In this document: one piece after another, positions 10,238 through 20,619 of the stretch
How positions within the stretch are numbered: position 1 is the stretch's first letter
Layout: every line of letters starts with the position of its first letter
From: Desulfurococcales archaeon
GTDB taxonomy: Archaea > Thermoproteota > Thermoprotei_A > Sulfolobales > Desulfurococcaceae
Direction of reading: 5' to 3'
NCBI GenBank assembly: GCA_027022365.1
Contig: JALVYU010000026.1
Coordinates: 288,001 to 352,000 of the forward strand
DNA: 64,000 bases
Translations under genes and position numbers: made by a program
Notes under the pieces: generated by a model
What the model was told of the DNA's origin: nothing
The model's database searches: none
Seen by the model: the letters and a program-made list of their open reading frames with translations, nothing else

Positions 10238-11071
10238 ATGGGAATAACTATAGAAGGTAATACAGGCTTGAAAACTATCTCAAGATCACTACAACTATCA
10301 GAAAACAATAAACCCGCATATCTATACGGTTCCGGATGGAAATCCATAAGCATGGTAGATGTCTATAAGAGCGTCACGTTCACACTATGGCTATGTGGAT
10401 GTAACTTAAAGTGTCCTTTCTGCCATAACTGGCACCTAGCCACGAATGATCCATTATACTGTCGTCCTCTTGACGTTGGCGAAATAGTAAAACGCGTAGA
10501 CGCCGCGAAGCCCCTTATTGACTACCTACACATAACTGGTGGCGAGCCAATAGTACAGTACAAGGTGTTAGAATATCTTCTAGAACGAATTAGAGAACTA
10601 CATGTGAAGATTAGTATAAACACTAATTTGACTCTCCTGAACCCTCTCAAAAAACTCCTAGAGAGACACCTAGTTGATCACATAGCAACAGATCTAAAGA
10701 CACCACATAGAATACTCTACGGATACGAAGAGAATACTTCGGATAAGCTATGGGAATTATTCCTTGAAGGCCTCAAGCTAGTTAAGAAATACGATATTCC
10801 TCTAGAACTACGTATACCCGTTCCGAGAAAATTGGTTAGAACGGATGAATATATGGAGGATTTATCAAAGGCATTATCGAGAATCAAAGATCATAGAGGA
10901 AGCTATATAATTGTTCAGCCACTCCTAGGCCCCCCGATTACAGACCCTAGAAATAAGGACTGGTGCAACGAATTCTGTGATCCTGAATGGCGAGAATTAG
11001 AGTATGTGGCTGAATACGTGAGAAGCTTTACAAATCTACAAGTTATTGTTAAGAGGCATGTTACCTTATGA
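10238..11071 (+). CDS. nrdG: anaerobic RNR activating enzyme (radical SAM)
   Basis: GCNLKCPFCHN and ITGGEP motifs; directly downstream of nrdD. Confidence 0.9.
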   Translation: MGITIEGNTGLKTISRSLQLSENNKPAYLYGSGWKSISMVDVYKSVTFTLWLCGCNLKCPFCHNWHLATNDPLYCRPLDVGEIVKRVDAAKPLIDYLHITGGEPIVQYKVLEYLLERIRELHVKISINTNLTLLNPLKKLLERHLVDHIATDLKTPHRILYGYEENTSDKLWELFLEGLKLVKKYDIPLELRIPVPRKLVRTDEYMEDLSKALSRIKDHRGSYIIVQPLLGPPITDPRNKDWCNEFCDPEWRELEYVAEYVRSFTNLQVIVKRHVTL

Positions 11072-11994
11072 ATGACGAGTATAAACCCAGTGTCAGACTA
11101 GTGTCATATCTTCCAGAGGCACCCAAGATAATTGCTGTGGCATCGAAGCTAACCATTTCTCACAAACCAGTTGATAGAATAAAACAGAAAATCACAGAAG
11201 AAGAAGTTAGGAAATGGATCCGGGAATTAATTCTGCACGGCCATGGCTCTCCACTTGAGCACAGTATCTATATATTCGAAATAACTTGTAGTCGTGTAAC
11301 AAGCCACCAGATCGTCAGGCACAGGATCGCTTCATATACCCAGCTGAGCCAAAGATATAGCGACAAGTACTTGAGGCGAATGATCAGTGCTATAACCGGG
11401 TCCATGTCTCAAGCCGCTTACAATGGCGGATCACGGGTAAAATTCCATCAATACAGTATTGTATTGCGAGATTTCACGGACAGTACGAATGATTGGAACG
11501 AATTACTTGATATAGTTTCGAAGGCCTTCATCATACCTCCAAAGATCGTATCCGAGCAAGACACTGGTTTTCTGAAAAACCTGCTTAACGCCGTATCAAC
11601 TTATTATGAGCTACTGGCCCATGGCGTACCATACGAGGATGCCCGATATGTTCTGCCACAATCTATCAAGACACGGATTATTATGACTATGAACGCGCGA
11701 GAGCTCATTGAATCATTTCTTCCGCTACGCATGTGTAGTAGGGCACAATGGGAAATAAGATATATTGCCTGGTCTATGTGGCGGATCCTGAACACGGTAC
11801 ATCCAGAGATATTCGTGTATGCTGGGCCTAGATGCGTATATTATGACCAGAGATCGAGGAAAGAATTATGTCCTTTAAAGGAGTACCTCAGCAACGAATG
11901 TGTTCCCTCCATAGAGCGTTGCCCCGAGAAAGTGGAAAGAGAACAAATAAAGAAGTGCATAATATATGGCTCACGGGATCCATGGTCTTTATAG
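11068..11994 (+). CDS. thyX: FAD-dependent thymidylate synthase
   Basis: HGSPLEH, RHRIASYTQLSQRY, EDARYVLP and AQWEIR motifs. Confidence 0.95.
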   Translation: MNDEYKPSVRLVSYLPEAPKIIAVASKLTISHKPVDRIKQKITEEEVRKWIRELILHGHGSPLEHSIYIFEITCSRVTSHQIVRHRIASYTQLSQRYSDKYLRRMISAITGSMSQAAYNGGSRVKFHQYSIVLRDFTDSTNDWNELLDIVSKAFIIPPKIVSEQDTGFLKNLLNAVSTYYELLAHGVPYEDARYVLPQSIKTRIIMTMNARELIESFLPLRMCSRAQWEIRYIAWSMWRILNTVHPEIFVYAGPRCVYYDQRSRKELCPLKEYLSNECVPSIERCPEKVEREQIKKCIIYGSRDPWSL

Positions 11995-12048
11995 GGAGAG
12001 ATCAATAGAAGATTTCTTCAGACTTATGAAAGTCTACGGTGATACCAT

Positions 12049-12582
12049 ATGATACTCAGCGATTGGGATATCCGATTATATATTGAGAAGAAACTGTTGA
12101 AGATAGATCCCCTGTACCCTGATACTATTAGGGAGAACGGCATAGATCTAAGGTTCGGTAAAGAGTTCTGCAGATATACGGCCGGTGAAGAAGTAATCGA
12201 CTCACGCTCAGGCGTTCCGGAGAGATATCTTGTTTGTGAAGAAATTGATGCTGAGAAAGGCTACGTTATAATGCCCGGGGATAGAATTCTTGCTACAACA
12301 CTGGAGTACGTAGAAGTACCCATCGATCTTGTTGGGCTGGTTAATCTGAGAAGCACATTCGCTAGACTCGGCCTCTATATACCGCCTACGGTAATTGATG
12401 CTGGATTCAAAGGCCAGGTAACGATTGAAATAGTAGGGGCTAAACGCCCGATAAGAGTTTATCCCGGGCAGCGATTCCTACATGTAGTATTCCTAAGGAC
12501 AAGCAGCCCTGTCCATAGTCCTTATTCAGGCAAGTATCAGGGGCAAAGAGGCGTTACACCACCAAGACTGGATAAATCTTAA
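12049..12582 (+). CDS. dcd: dCTP deaminase
   Basis: MILSD, RSTFARLGL, IDAGFKGQVTIE and YSGKYQGQ motifs. Confidence 0.95.
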   Translation: MILSDWDIRLYIEKKLLKIDPLYPDTIRENGIDLRFGKEFCRYTAGEEVIDSRSGVPERYLVCEEIDAEKGYVIMPGDRILATTLEYVEVPIDLVGLVNLRSTFARLGLYIPPTVIDAGFKGQVTIEIVGAKRPIRVYPGQRFLHVVFLRTSSPVHSPYSGKYQGQRGVTPPRLDKS

Positions 12583-12659
12583 TATGTTTATTAGAATCTC
12601 TAACATCATGTTTTTATATCCCTAATTATATTATTAATTATTAGAAAAAGGTGGTTAGC

Positions 12660-13367
12660 ATGCCTGGACAAATACCCCTAATAGGTGAAAAATTCCCTGA
12701 GATAACAGTACATACAACACACGGTACAATAAAGCTCCCAGACGACTACAGCGGAAAATGGTTCGTATTATTCAGCCACCCAGCAGATTTCACTCCTGTG
12801 TGTACAACCGAGTTCGTGGCCTTCGCCAAACGGTACGAGGACTTCAAGAAGCTCAACACCGAGCTTATAGGACTCAGCGTGGATAATACGTATAGCCACA
12901 TAAAATGGGTTGAGTGGATTAAGGAGAAGCTCGGCGTCGAGATACCTTTCCCAATAATAGCTGATCCACAGGGTAATGTCGCTAAAAAGCTTGGAATGAT
13001 ACATGCAGAGTCATCCGTAGTAACAGTACGTGCTGTCTTCGTTGTTGATGACAAGGGCATAATCAGGACAATACTTTACTACCCGCTGAACCTCGGCAGA
13101 CTGGTGGACGAGATACTGCGTATCGTGAAGGGACTGCAGATCACCGATGAATACGGGAGAGCGCTCCCAGCGAACTGGCCGAATAACGAGATCATAGGTG
13201 ATGCTGTAATAGTGCCCCCGGCAAGCACTGTCAAAGAGGCAGAAGAAAGACTAAAGACTTATGAGTGCCTTGACTGGTGGCTATGCTATGAGAAGGGCAA
13301 GGTGCCGAAGGAAATCATCGAGATGGTCAGAGGCTTCCTGAAGAGAGCGGCGGGCCTATCCCAGTAA
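12660..13367 (+). CDS. archaeal peroxiredoxin (Prx6/ApTPx type)
   Basis: [18 protein letters not shown] and CLDWWLC motifs. Confidence 0.95.
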   Translation: MPGQIPLIGEKFPEITVHTTHGTIKLPDDYSGKWFVLFSHPADFTPVCTTEFVAFAKRYEDFKKLNTELIGLSVDNTYSHIKWVEWIKEKLGVEIPFPIIADPQGNVAKKLGMIHAESSVVTVRAVFVVDDKGIIRTILYYPLNLGRLVDEILRIVKGLQITDEYGRALPANWPNNEIIGDAVIVPPASTVKEAEERLKTYECLDWWLCYEKGKVPKEIIEMVRGFLKRAAGLSQ

Positions 13368-13369
13368 CA

Positions 13370-13663
13370 CTATGTTTTTTCAATACTCAATACCCTTCTA
13401 TACATGTATTTTGAAACCAAGTGTTTTCCAACAGCAAGCAATGCCTTCTTTCGGGCTTCCTCGATGAAGTCCATGACGTTGAAATCACATTCATAGGACT
13501 TATTGCCTACATACCAACATATACCATTATCTACACATGCCTCAAGGATTAGCAGGGCGATAACAGCATCAACAGGACTGAGGATCTCACTATTACCATT
13601 CACACCTATAATACCATATCCCTGAATCTCTATACTATACCGCATCATTATCCCCATACACAT
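13370..13663 (-). CDS. hypothetical protein
   Basis: 97-aa ORF filling an intergenic gap; no recognisable motif. Confidence 0.45.
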   Translation of the reverse strand: MCMGIMMRYSIEIQGYGIIGVNGNSEILSPVDAVIALLILEACVDNGICWYVGNKSYECDFNVMDFIEEARKKALLAVGKHLVSKYMYRRVLSIEKT

Positions 13664-13959
13664 AAATCATATATATTTAGCAGAGTCGCCCGTAAGAATT
13701 CCTACTAAAAACCAGAAATGATAAAAACCAATTCCCCCTCATGCAGTAACAAGGAATTCCAAACGGACTTACTAGAAGTACCTCTCAGGATTCTCTTCAG
13801 GCCATTAATATATTAATACACATGATTTAACAACCATAATGCTCACGTAATGAAATAAGAAGTGTATTGATCGTGATGAGTCAACCTAATAGACCAAAAA
13901 CGACTGTGTGCGAGGAACGGTAATACAAGAGCATATAGGTATTTATTTTGTAAAATAGG

Positions 13960-14065
13960 TGCCGCCGCCGGGATTTGAACCCGGGTGTCCCGCGCACGGG
14001 CCATGAGGACCCGCGGACACGGGCTCGAGAGGCCCGCATACTTGGCCGGGCTATACTACGGCGGC
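13960..14065 (-). tRNA. tRNA-Glu(CTC) with a 31-nt non-canonical intron at 45/46 (13987-14017)
   Basis: Mature sequence GCCGCCGTAGTATAGCCCGGCCAAGTATGCGGGCCTCTCGAGCCCGTG/ACCCGGGTTCAAATCCCGGCGGCGGCA folds as a cloverleaf; BHB-like junction CCCG-UG^U / CGGG-AC^A. Confidence 0.92.
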
Positions 14066-14108
14066 ATCCAGACATAATGGATTATCGAGGGGAGTTTTTA
14101 TAGGTTAC

Positions 14109-14459
14109 TCATCCTCCTTTATGTAGTCTTGTAATGATTTCTTTTCTCCATAGAACTATGTTTGTTAGTATGAGTAATTGGCCATAATCTATCGCGAAGG
14201 CTTCTCCATGACTGTTTTTCTCTAAGAATATTAGGGGGAGCATTGTGACTTTTTCAAATAATGATACCTTGTATAGAATAATGTAGTGGATCACTATGAT
14301 CAATGCCGATACAGCAGTTATTACTATCTTGCCCTTCTTGTTTAGGTCGAGGAATGCGAGTAGACCTATTAGTACTATAAGCAGAATACAAGCCACTTGC
14401 TCCAAAAGATATATTGGATCTATTACACTAGTCGGTACGATATAATATGGCTTAAACAT
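14109..14459 (-). CDS. hypothetical membrane protein
   Basis: 116 aa with about 3 hydrophobic segments. Confidence 0.65.
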   Translation of the reverse strand: MFKPYYIVPTSVIDPIYLLEQVACILLIVLIGLLAFLDLNKKGKIVITAVSALIIVIHYIILYKVSLFEKVTMLPLIFLEKNSHGEAFAIDYGQLLILTNIVLWRKEIITRLHKGG

Positions 14460-14519
14460 AATTAATCAGCTCGGGAAACCCGGATTAATCATAGTATAGG
14501 TTATAGGAGGGCGAGTTTT

Positions 14520-15524
14520 ATGAAGGCTATGGTTCTGAAGAAACAAGCTCCTATTGAAACCAATCCTCTTAAGCTCATGGATGTGGATACTCCTAGTCCC
14601 AAGGAAGGAGAGGTACTGATAAGGATAAAGGCCTGCGGAGTATGCAGGACTGATCTCCACATCGTCGAGGGCGAACTCCCAGCCGTAAAGCTACCACTGA
14701 TACCCGGACACCAGATAGTTGGAGTTATTGAGGAAGTAGGTGATAACGTGGAGGGGTTGAGGAGGGGGGAACGAGTAGGTATCCCATGGCTCTACTGGTC
14801 CTGCGGTAAATGCAAGTACTGTAGAAGAGGCTTAGAGAACCTCTGCGACAACGCACTATTTACAGGTTATAGCGTTGACGGGGGATACGCTGAATATGTG
14901 GTGGCGCCAGCCGCGTTCGTCCACCCAATGCCTAGAACCCATGACGACCTACACGCGGCACCGCTTCTCTGCGCTGGAGCAGTCGGCTATAGAGCTTTGC
15001 GTCTAACAGGCCTCATTGATAGACGTGAAGGAGTCCTAGGGCTATTCGGGTTCGGGGCATCGGCAAACCTGATGTTAAAGGCCGCTAAAGCCCTTGGGCT
15101 TGAGGTTTACGTGTTCACGCATTCTCCATGGAAAATAGAGTATGCGTTAAAGCTAGGAGCGGACTGGGCTGGAGACACTAGGGAGGTGCCACCGAAAAAA
15201 CTGGATGCAGCAATAGTCTTTGCCCCCGTATCATGGGTTTTCATCGAGGCACTAAAGAAGCTCGATAAAGGTGGGAGAGTTGTCCTCGGAGAAATCTATA
15301 TGACACCAATAGAGAAGCTGGACTATAGTCTCCTCTGGCTCGAAAGAGAGGTAAAGACGACAGCTAACGTAACACGTAGGGATGTACGTGAATTCCTCGA
15401 GTTAGCTGAGAAGCACAGGATCATGCCTGACATAACAATTTATAATCTCAAGGAGGCCAATAAGGCTCTACAAGACCTTAAGAAGGGACGTGTTAAGGGA
15501 ACTGCCGTGCTTAGGATCAGCTAG
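14520..15524 (+). CDS. zinc-dependent alcohol dehydrogenase (MDR family)
   Basis: CGVCRTDLH, PGHQIVG, CGKCKYC..G.ENLC and GFGAS motifs. Confidence 0.95.
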   Translation: MKAMVLKKQAPIETNPLKLMDVDTPSPKEGEVLIRIKACGVCRTDLHIVEGELPAVKLPLIPGHQIVGVIEEVGDNVEGLRRGERVGIPWLYWSCGKCKYCRRGLENLCDNALFTGYSVDGGYAEYVVAPAAFVHPMPRTHDDLHAAPLLCAGAVGYRALRLTGLIDRREGVLGLFGFGASANLMLKAAKALGLEVYVFTHSPWKIEYALKLGADWAGDTREVPPKKLDAAIVFAPVSWVFIEALKKLDKGGRVVLGEIYMTPIEKLDYSLLWLEREVKTTANVTRRDVREFLELAEKHRIMPDITIYNLKEANKALQDLKKGRVKGTAVLRIS

Positions 15525-18500
15525 CAATAGCGGACAATAATAGATAGGCGTAATATAATGCCTTAGCGTCCTCTTCTAGATATTTTTCTATTTTCTCACG
15601 CCAAAACCTCGATCTAATCCTTATCTCTGCTTTTTTCAAAGAATCAACTACATCCGGCAGATTCAGCTCAAGTCTCAGTACTCCGGATTCATTAACTATT
15701 GTACGGTAGCTTGAAGGTGATAGATTATTGCGCTTGAGAATATCATTTAGCGTGATGATGTTTTCACCAAGCTCTACTATTCTAGCCAGCATTCTAAGAT
15801 TAGCTGTTCGCAGGAACTTCAGCATAGCATCCCTGTCCGAGATTAGGATTTTGAAATTATCGTATGATATAAGCTCTATTACCCGTGCCTCTATAGATCT
15901 TAGCGTCTCCGGCGGCTTAATATAAGGGACTGGCGGATAAACCTCAGCTCTCGCAACTGATTCCTCGCCGTCAAAGAACGATAAACCAACAACTAGTCTT
16001 GGCAGCTCAGCAGGTGATTCAATGATCTCTGCAATACCAGATAATGCGACAAGCTTTAACGACTTACTGGGCCTTGGTATGGTGATCTCTCTATCCATGA
16101 AAATCGCGCGTATCTTATCTCTCAACAAGATATAGTCTATTACACGTAGACAGACCTGCTTTATTACGCTCCAATCAAATCCCAGCGTGATATAGTCAGC
16201 ATAAGCGATATCATCGATCTCAGACAACAACACCAGGTCCAATTCATCAGGTTGATAATTCTCCACTATCCTCCTAATCCTCTGCCAATCAAGATCCACT
16301 AGTATACCCGCAGCCTCCGGTTCATGTAGGCTGAAATACTTTTTCTCGCCAGCTTTAACCACATCATACATTATTGTTTCAAACGCTATACCCGTCTTCC
16401 TCCTAAGAATTATCATTAGGAAAGACAGAGCTATACGCAGGAGAGTCGCATCCTCCGATTCATCGACATCATAAGAGAAGCCATACGTGTAGTCGCGGTA
16501 CTCGCCCCCGGTGCTCTTGGGCACATATATGTTTCTTCTGTCGTAGACAACCACAGTGTTTCCAGGCATCCTTAGTATTCTCGGCTTCTCGGATCTCAGT
16601 GTCCATATGCATCTGTTTGGGATTTTTCTATAACGGCCAAACCCGTTTGAAGGTGTATATACAACGCATAGCATCTCGGACGATAAGCGGCCGCTAAATA
16701 TGTCTCTGACTATGTCCGGCTTCTCTCCCCATCCCATCTTAATATAACGATACTCTTCCAGAGCGGTGGCCAATGCGTCGTCTTTATAGAATAAACGATA
16801 GCTGATCGGTTCCTCATAGACGGCTTTTACATGCCTCGAACTACGTCCGAATTCTAGTCTTGTCACGATGGCATCGTTACCTATGTCTATACATCCGGGC
16901 TGGAACTTCTCCACGAGATCACAGTGGCCTATCGGCTCGAGGGGCTTTTCCTCACTATTTTCCACTAAATAGCGTTTGATCCCATATGGTGGTGCAAACT
17001 CGTAGAAGTTCATCCTTTCCCATGTCCATTTTAACAGCTTCTCGTTTAGCTTATCTTTTGATAATATTCCTGTCTTGTTTAAAGCTTCCTTCTCCAAGAG
17101 AGTAAGCTCCTCATTAATCCAAGGAGATATTAATTTGAGTAGGCCTGTGAAGAGATGCATATATAGATTCCTGGGATTGACCAGAGTTCTCTCTACTCCT
17201 AGAGACAACCATTTATTCAATGTCTCTATTCCTTTCGTAAGAAGTTCTCTATCCCATCTAAGAATGGGAATTATTATTGACTCTGTGAACGGTATATTCG
17301 TCCTACGACCTTTACGTCCTTCACGTTGTCTAAATTCACGTACTTCGTCGGGTAGACCGACATGCACTATTCTGGCCACAACACCTATATCGATTCCTTG
17401 AGTCAATGTTCTTGGAGAAACTATTACCTTTACTCTTCCGTTTCGGGCATCATCTTCTATCTTCTCCCTAATAGCCTTGGGGACCAAGTGGTGATGAGAC
17501 GCTATTGGCGCGTTTTCACCATATCTAGATTTGATTGTTCTAACTATTTCCTCAGCCGAGTTAATACCTCTCGTGAATACCAGCGTGACATATTCATCGT
17601 CGAGATATCTCGATATTATCTCGGGGATATCAACAGATATGTTAGGGACATCTAGTCCGTAGGAGGCTTGGAGATAGGCAATGATCTTGTATGGGTCTTT
17701 CTTGAAGTACTCGTAGTTGTCTATGGCTTTAAGTATCTGTTCGTCGTCGATCAATATTTTGTTCTTGAAAACTTGTTCTCTTATCTTATTCCATACTTTC
17801 TTGAGATCCTTACCCAGAACTATAATGATCCTGTTCTCGACATGGAATGGTTTACCCTCAATAACCTTATAGTTTCTCCCTGTCATCTCCCTTAGGTATT
17901 GTCCTAGATCATCCGGATTAGAGAGTGTTGCTGTCAGTATGCATACTTGTATCTTCTTTTGACTAACGTAGGAGATGAACCATAATATTCCGAGTAGGAG
18001 TGCAATAGATCTTGGACCATAAAAGTCCATTTCATCTATAATGACTAGATCTATATTGGTTAAATAATTATACAATATACTGGAAGATGTTGATATTGAT
18101 GCCTTCTTGATATCGTGCATGAGAAACGCCGGATTAGTTATGATAATGTTTGCTGATTCTACCCGATTTCTCAGTCCTTTCATACCGGTTTCACGGATTA
18201 TCTCGTGTTTCTTGACGCTATCCAGCTGCAATGCTTTGGCTCCAATGGTTGAAACATATTTTGATATTCTCCTTATTTGGTCGTTTGCGAGAGCGAGAGT
18301 AGGATAAATAACTATTGCCCGATATCCTGGGTTCTCACTTGTTTTTCTTAGGAAATAAAGAACCCATGCTTCGGTTTTTCCACTGCCAGTCCCTGATCTG
18401 AGGATCACGTTGAATCCATTCTTGAGAGAATCATATGCTTCGAGCTGGTGCTTATAAAGTTTCATAGAACCGATCTCGAGGCTGGAAAGTTCATTAATTA

Positions 18501-18606
18501 TGTCCATAAATCTGAGAGGTACTTTCTCCGGGATCTCCGGTGGTTGTTTATGATAGTATATTTCATATCCCATGTCTAGAAGTATTTTTCGTGAATCAAG
18601 AGGCAT
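15517..18606 (-). CDS. SF2 DEAD/DEAH-box helicase (Hrq1/YprA-like) with C-terminal extension
   Basis: Q motif LYKHQ, SGTGSGKT, YPTLALANDQ, DEMD, TATLSNP, QGIDIG and QREGRKGR. Confidence 0.88.
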   Translation of the reverse strand: MPLDSRKILLDMGYEIYYHKQPPEIPEKVPLRFMDIINELSSLEIGSMKLYKHQLEAYDSLKNGFNVILRSGTGSGKTEAWVLYFLRKTSENPGYRAIVIYPTLALANDQIRRISKYVSTIGAKALQLDSVKKHEIIRETGMKGLRNRVESANIIITNPAFLMHDIKKASISTSSSILYNYLTNIDLVIIDEMDFYGPRSIALLLGILWFISYVSQKKIQVCILTATLSNPDDLGQYLREMTGRNYKVIEGKPFHVENRIIIVLGKDLKKVWNKIREQVFKNKILIDDEQILKAIDNYEYFKKDPYKIIAYLQASYGLDVPNISVDIPEIISRYLDDEYVTLVFTRGINSAEEIVRTIKSRYGENAPIASHHHLVPKAIREKIEDDARNGRVKVIVSPRTLTQGIDIGVVARIVHVGLPDEVREFRQREGRKGRRTNIPFTESIIIPILRWDRELLTKGIETLNKWLSLGVERTLVNPRNLYMHLFTGLLKLISPWINEELTLLEKEALNKTGILSKDKLNEKLLKWTWERMNFYEFAPPYGIKRYLVENSEEKPLEPIGHCDLVEKFQPGCIDIGNDAIVTRLEFGRSSRHVKAVYEEPISYRLFYKDDALATALEEYRYIKMGWGEKPDIVRDIFSGRLSSEMLCVVYTPSNGFGRYRKIPNRCIWTLRSEKPRILRMPGNTVVVYDRRNIYVPKSTGGEYRDYTYGFSYDVDESEDATLLRIALSFLMIILRRKTGIAFETIMYDVVKAGEKKYFSLHEPEAAGILVDLDWQRIRRIVENYQPDELDLVLLSEIDDIAYADYITLGFDWSVIKQVCLRVIDYILLRDKIRAIFMDREITIPRPSKSLKLVALSGIAEIIESPAELPRLVVGLSFFDGEESVARAEVYPPVPYIKPPETLRSIEARVIELISYDNFKILISDRDAMLKFLRTANLRMLARIVELGENIITLNDILKRNNLSPSSYRTIVNESGVLRLELNLPDVVDSLKKAEIRIRSRFWREKIEKYLEEDAKALYYAYLLLSAIAS

Positions 18607-18632
18607 GGATCCACCCTGTCAAAATTATGTAA

Positions 18633-19139
18633 TCATATGATTTTCCTTAGATATTTTATCAAGGAACCTTTTCTTAAAATACTCACTTCTTTAGCGATAT
18701 TATTTGATAACCATTTCGGCCTCCTACTACTGGTTGTGAATATGTAATAGTTTAGACCATCAATAGATCGGGCATATACTATAGCGTCTGCTAATGATAT
18801 TTTAGGCTTGGACGAGAAACTAGCCGTCAAAAATAATATTCTACGGCTGGAAATAGGTTCGTATAGATCCTCGAGCATTTCGATTGCCTCGTAAAGAGCT
18901 AGCGCAGGCTCAGCCGGGTGTTGAAGCAGTGGAATATTACGTATGTCGCCAAGCAATTTATCAACAGCACTGGTCTCGACCAGGTCTATGAGGGGTAATG
19001 GCTCCTTACCGTACAGTACTACACCCATCCTGGCAAACTGGTTCTTCGAGACAAGTGCATAAGTATTCTGTAGAAATTCGATTGTTAACTCTAGATCAGA
19101 TGATTTAGTCCACTCGAGAGCCAATACTATGTCAATCAT
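18633..19139 (-). CDS. degenerate von Willebrand A-like protein
   Basis: DIVLALEWTKS (eroded MIDAS), RMGVVLYG and RRILFLT beta/alpha pattern. Confidence 0.6.
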   Translation of the reverse strand: MIDIVLALEWTKSSDLELTIEFLQNTYALVSKNQFARMGVVLYGKEPLPLIDLVETSAVDKLLGDIRNIPLLQHPAEPALALYEAIEMLEDLYEPISSRRILFLTASFSSKPKISLADAIVYARSIDGLNYYIFTTSSRRPKWLSNNIAKEVSILRKGSLIKYLRKII

Positions 19140-19704
19140 ACTGTTTACCCGTAATATGTTCTACCGTGTTTTTGAGAACGGAATAAAGCTCTGCCTTTGT
19201 CTCGACAGTATGCATTGTGCCACCCGTGTTTTTTACGGCTTGTTCTACTAATAATAGATCGTTCTCTCTTATCCTACCGAGACATACTATATTTAGTCTT
19301 ACCGAAGAGTTTTTAGCATAAATTGAGGCTACATCTAGAGGAATCCCCATGTTGAACCCGCCATCCGTTATCATTATAACATCCTTACTGCCATGTACTC
19401 TACGTAGAATTTTCACTGAAACTATCACGCCATCACCTGGTGCACTACCTTCACCCATTATCCTTAGCCTTGACAAAGCATCTAGAGCGAGGCTATAGTC
19501 TCTTGTAGGATTTAGGATAGGATATGCTTTGCCGAAGAAAACAGTCATACCTATTCTAACAGGTATACTGGTCTTTTTAAGTAGCTTCACAACTATATAA
19601 TCAACAGCGTCTCTTACAGCAACTAGCTTATTGGGTGTTAGATCGTTATAGGATTTCCTCATACTTAATGAGGTATCCAGTAGAAACACCATGTTATGTG
19701 CCAA
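19132..19704 (-). CDS. von Willebrand factor A domain protein
   Basis: MIDAS motif FLLDTSLSM and ITDGG. Confidence 0.9.
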   Translation of the reverse strand: MAHNMVFLLDTSLSMRKSYNDLTPNKLVAVRDAVDYIVVKLLKKTSIPVRIGMTVFFGKAYPILNPTRDYSLALDALSRLRIMGEGSAPGDGVIVSVKILRRVHGSKDVIMITDGGFNMGIPLDVASIYAKNSSVRLNIVCLGRIRENDLLLVEQAVKNTGGTMHTVETKAELYSVLKNTVEHITGKQYD

Positions 19705-20470
19705 CTTCTAGCACCCTGGCGACATCCTCGTGAATTATTGTTGGAAACGACTTTAATCCAAACAATATGGTTCTAAGCTTATCATCGTCTATTTCGTTTC
19801 TAAGTGTCATGAGAATGGATAGGAGACTACATGTTCTGACCCCATATTCGCTGGCTATAAGTCGTGTTCTCATATCCTCAGTCATATAAACGATTCTTTT
19901 GCTACTCCTCGCATAAGCTATAGCTATTGCTTCATGAAGAGTTATTTTGACCTTGGGTGTTATATGTATGCGACGAGGTTTCTCCACGAACTTAACTATT
20001 CCCCTCATTTTAACCGAATAATATAGTCTCGGATACATTATTGTCTCGAGTATTGTTTCAGCCGATATTGGGGCAAAGAACTGGTATCCGTCCAGCGCCA
20101 GTTTCTCAAAGTATTCCTGAATGTCATAGGTGTATATAAGGTATATCGTTAAGGGATCAACAACATATATTTCATCAGTCGTCATCCTCATTATTTCATC
20201 GACGCTGTTAACTCCAACTAATGGTATAATGCCCTTTGAGATCATGTAGTCCGACATTTCGGGAAAAGATAGCTCTGCAAAATATGCTGCATATTGAAAA
20301 CTAGTTTTCTCGTTAACATAAAGTTTTATTGATAGCTCTTTGAGATCTATCTCCTTCAATAGTCTCCTAACAGCATCTCTAACAGCTTCACTTAAGCTAG
20401 AATACAATCCGAGTTCTACTAGTCTTCTCAGCTTTTCTTCAAGTACTCCAGTAAGTTCTACATCTACCAT
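19694..20470 (-). CDS. ribbon-helix-helix / UPF0175-like / PIN-like fusion protein
   Basis: N-terminal LVELGLYSSLSEAVRDAVRRLL (RHH); LY..KTSFQYAAYFAELS (UPF0175-like HTH); YVVDP, LHEAIAIAYA and YMTED (PIN-like). Confidence 0.7.
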   Translation of the reverse strand: MVDVELTGVLEEKLRRLVELGLYSSLSEAVRDAVRRLLKEIDLKELSIKLYVNEKTSFQYAAYFAELSFPEMSDYMISKGIIPLVGVNSVDEIMRMTTDEIYVVDPLTIYLIYTYDIQEYFEKLALDGYQFFAPISAETILETIMYPRLYYSVKMRGIVKFVEKPRRIHITPKVKITLHEAIAIAYARSSKRIVYMTEDMRTRLIASEYGVRTCSLLSILMTLRNEIDDDKLRTILFGLKSFPTIIHEDVARVLEVGT

Positions 20471-20619
20471 GTTGACACTCTCAGCAATCAGTTATTAGTA
20501 ATATATGGGTATTCATCATCAAATCCCAAATATCGAGAATTCTCCTCTATATTTCCTTGCTACAATAAATAATTGTTTTCAAAAAATATTTTGTTTTAGT
20601 TATAAAATTCTTACAATTT

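Noticed and set aside
13873-13920. GTGATGA C-box-like motif downstream of tRNA-Glu
   Set aside because: No properly spaced D box was found.
13881-14075. 64-aa ORF (likewise 38266..38544)
   Set aside because: These overlap tRNA genes and are spurious.
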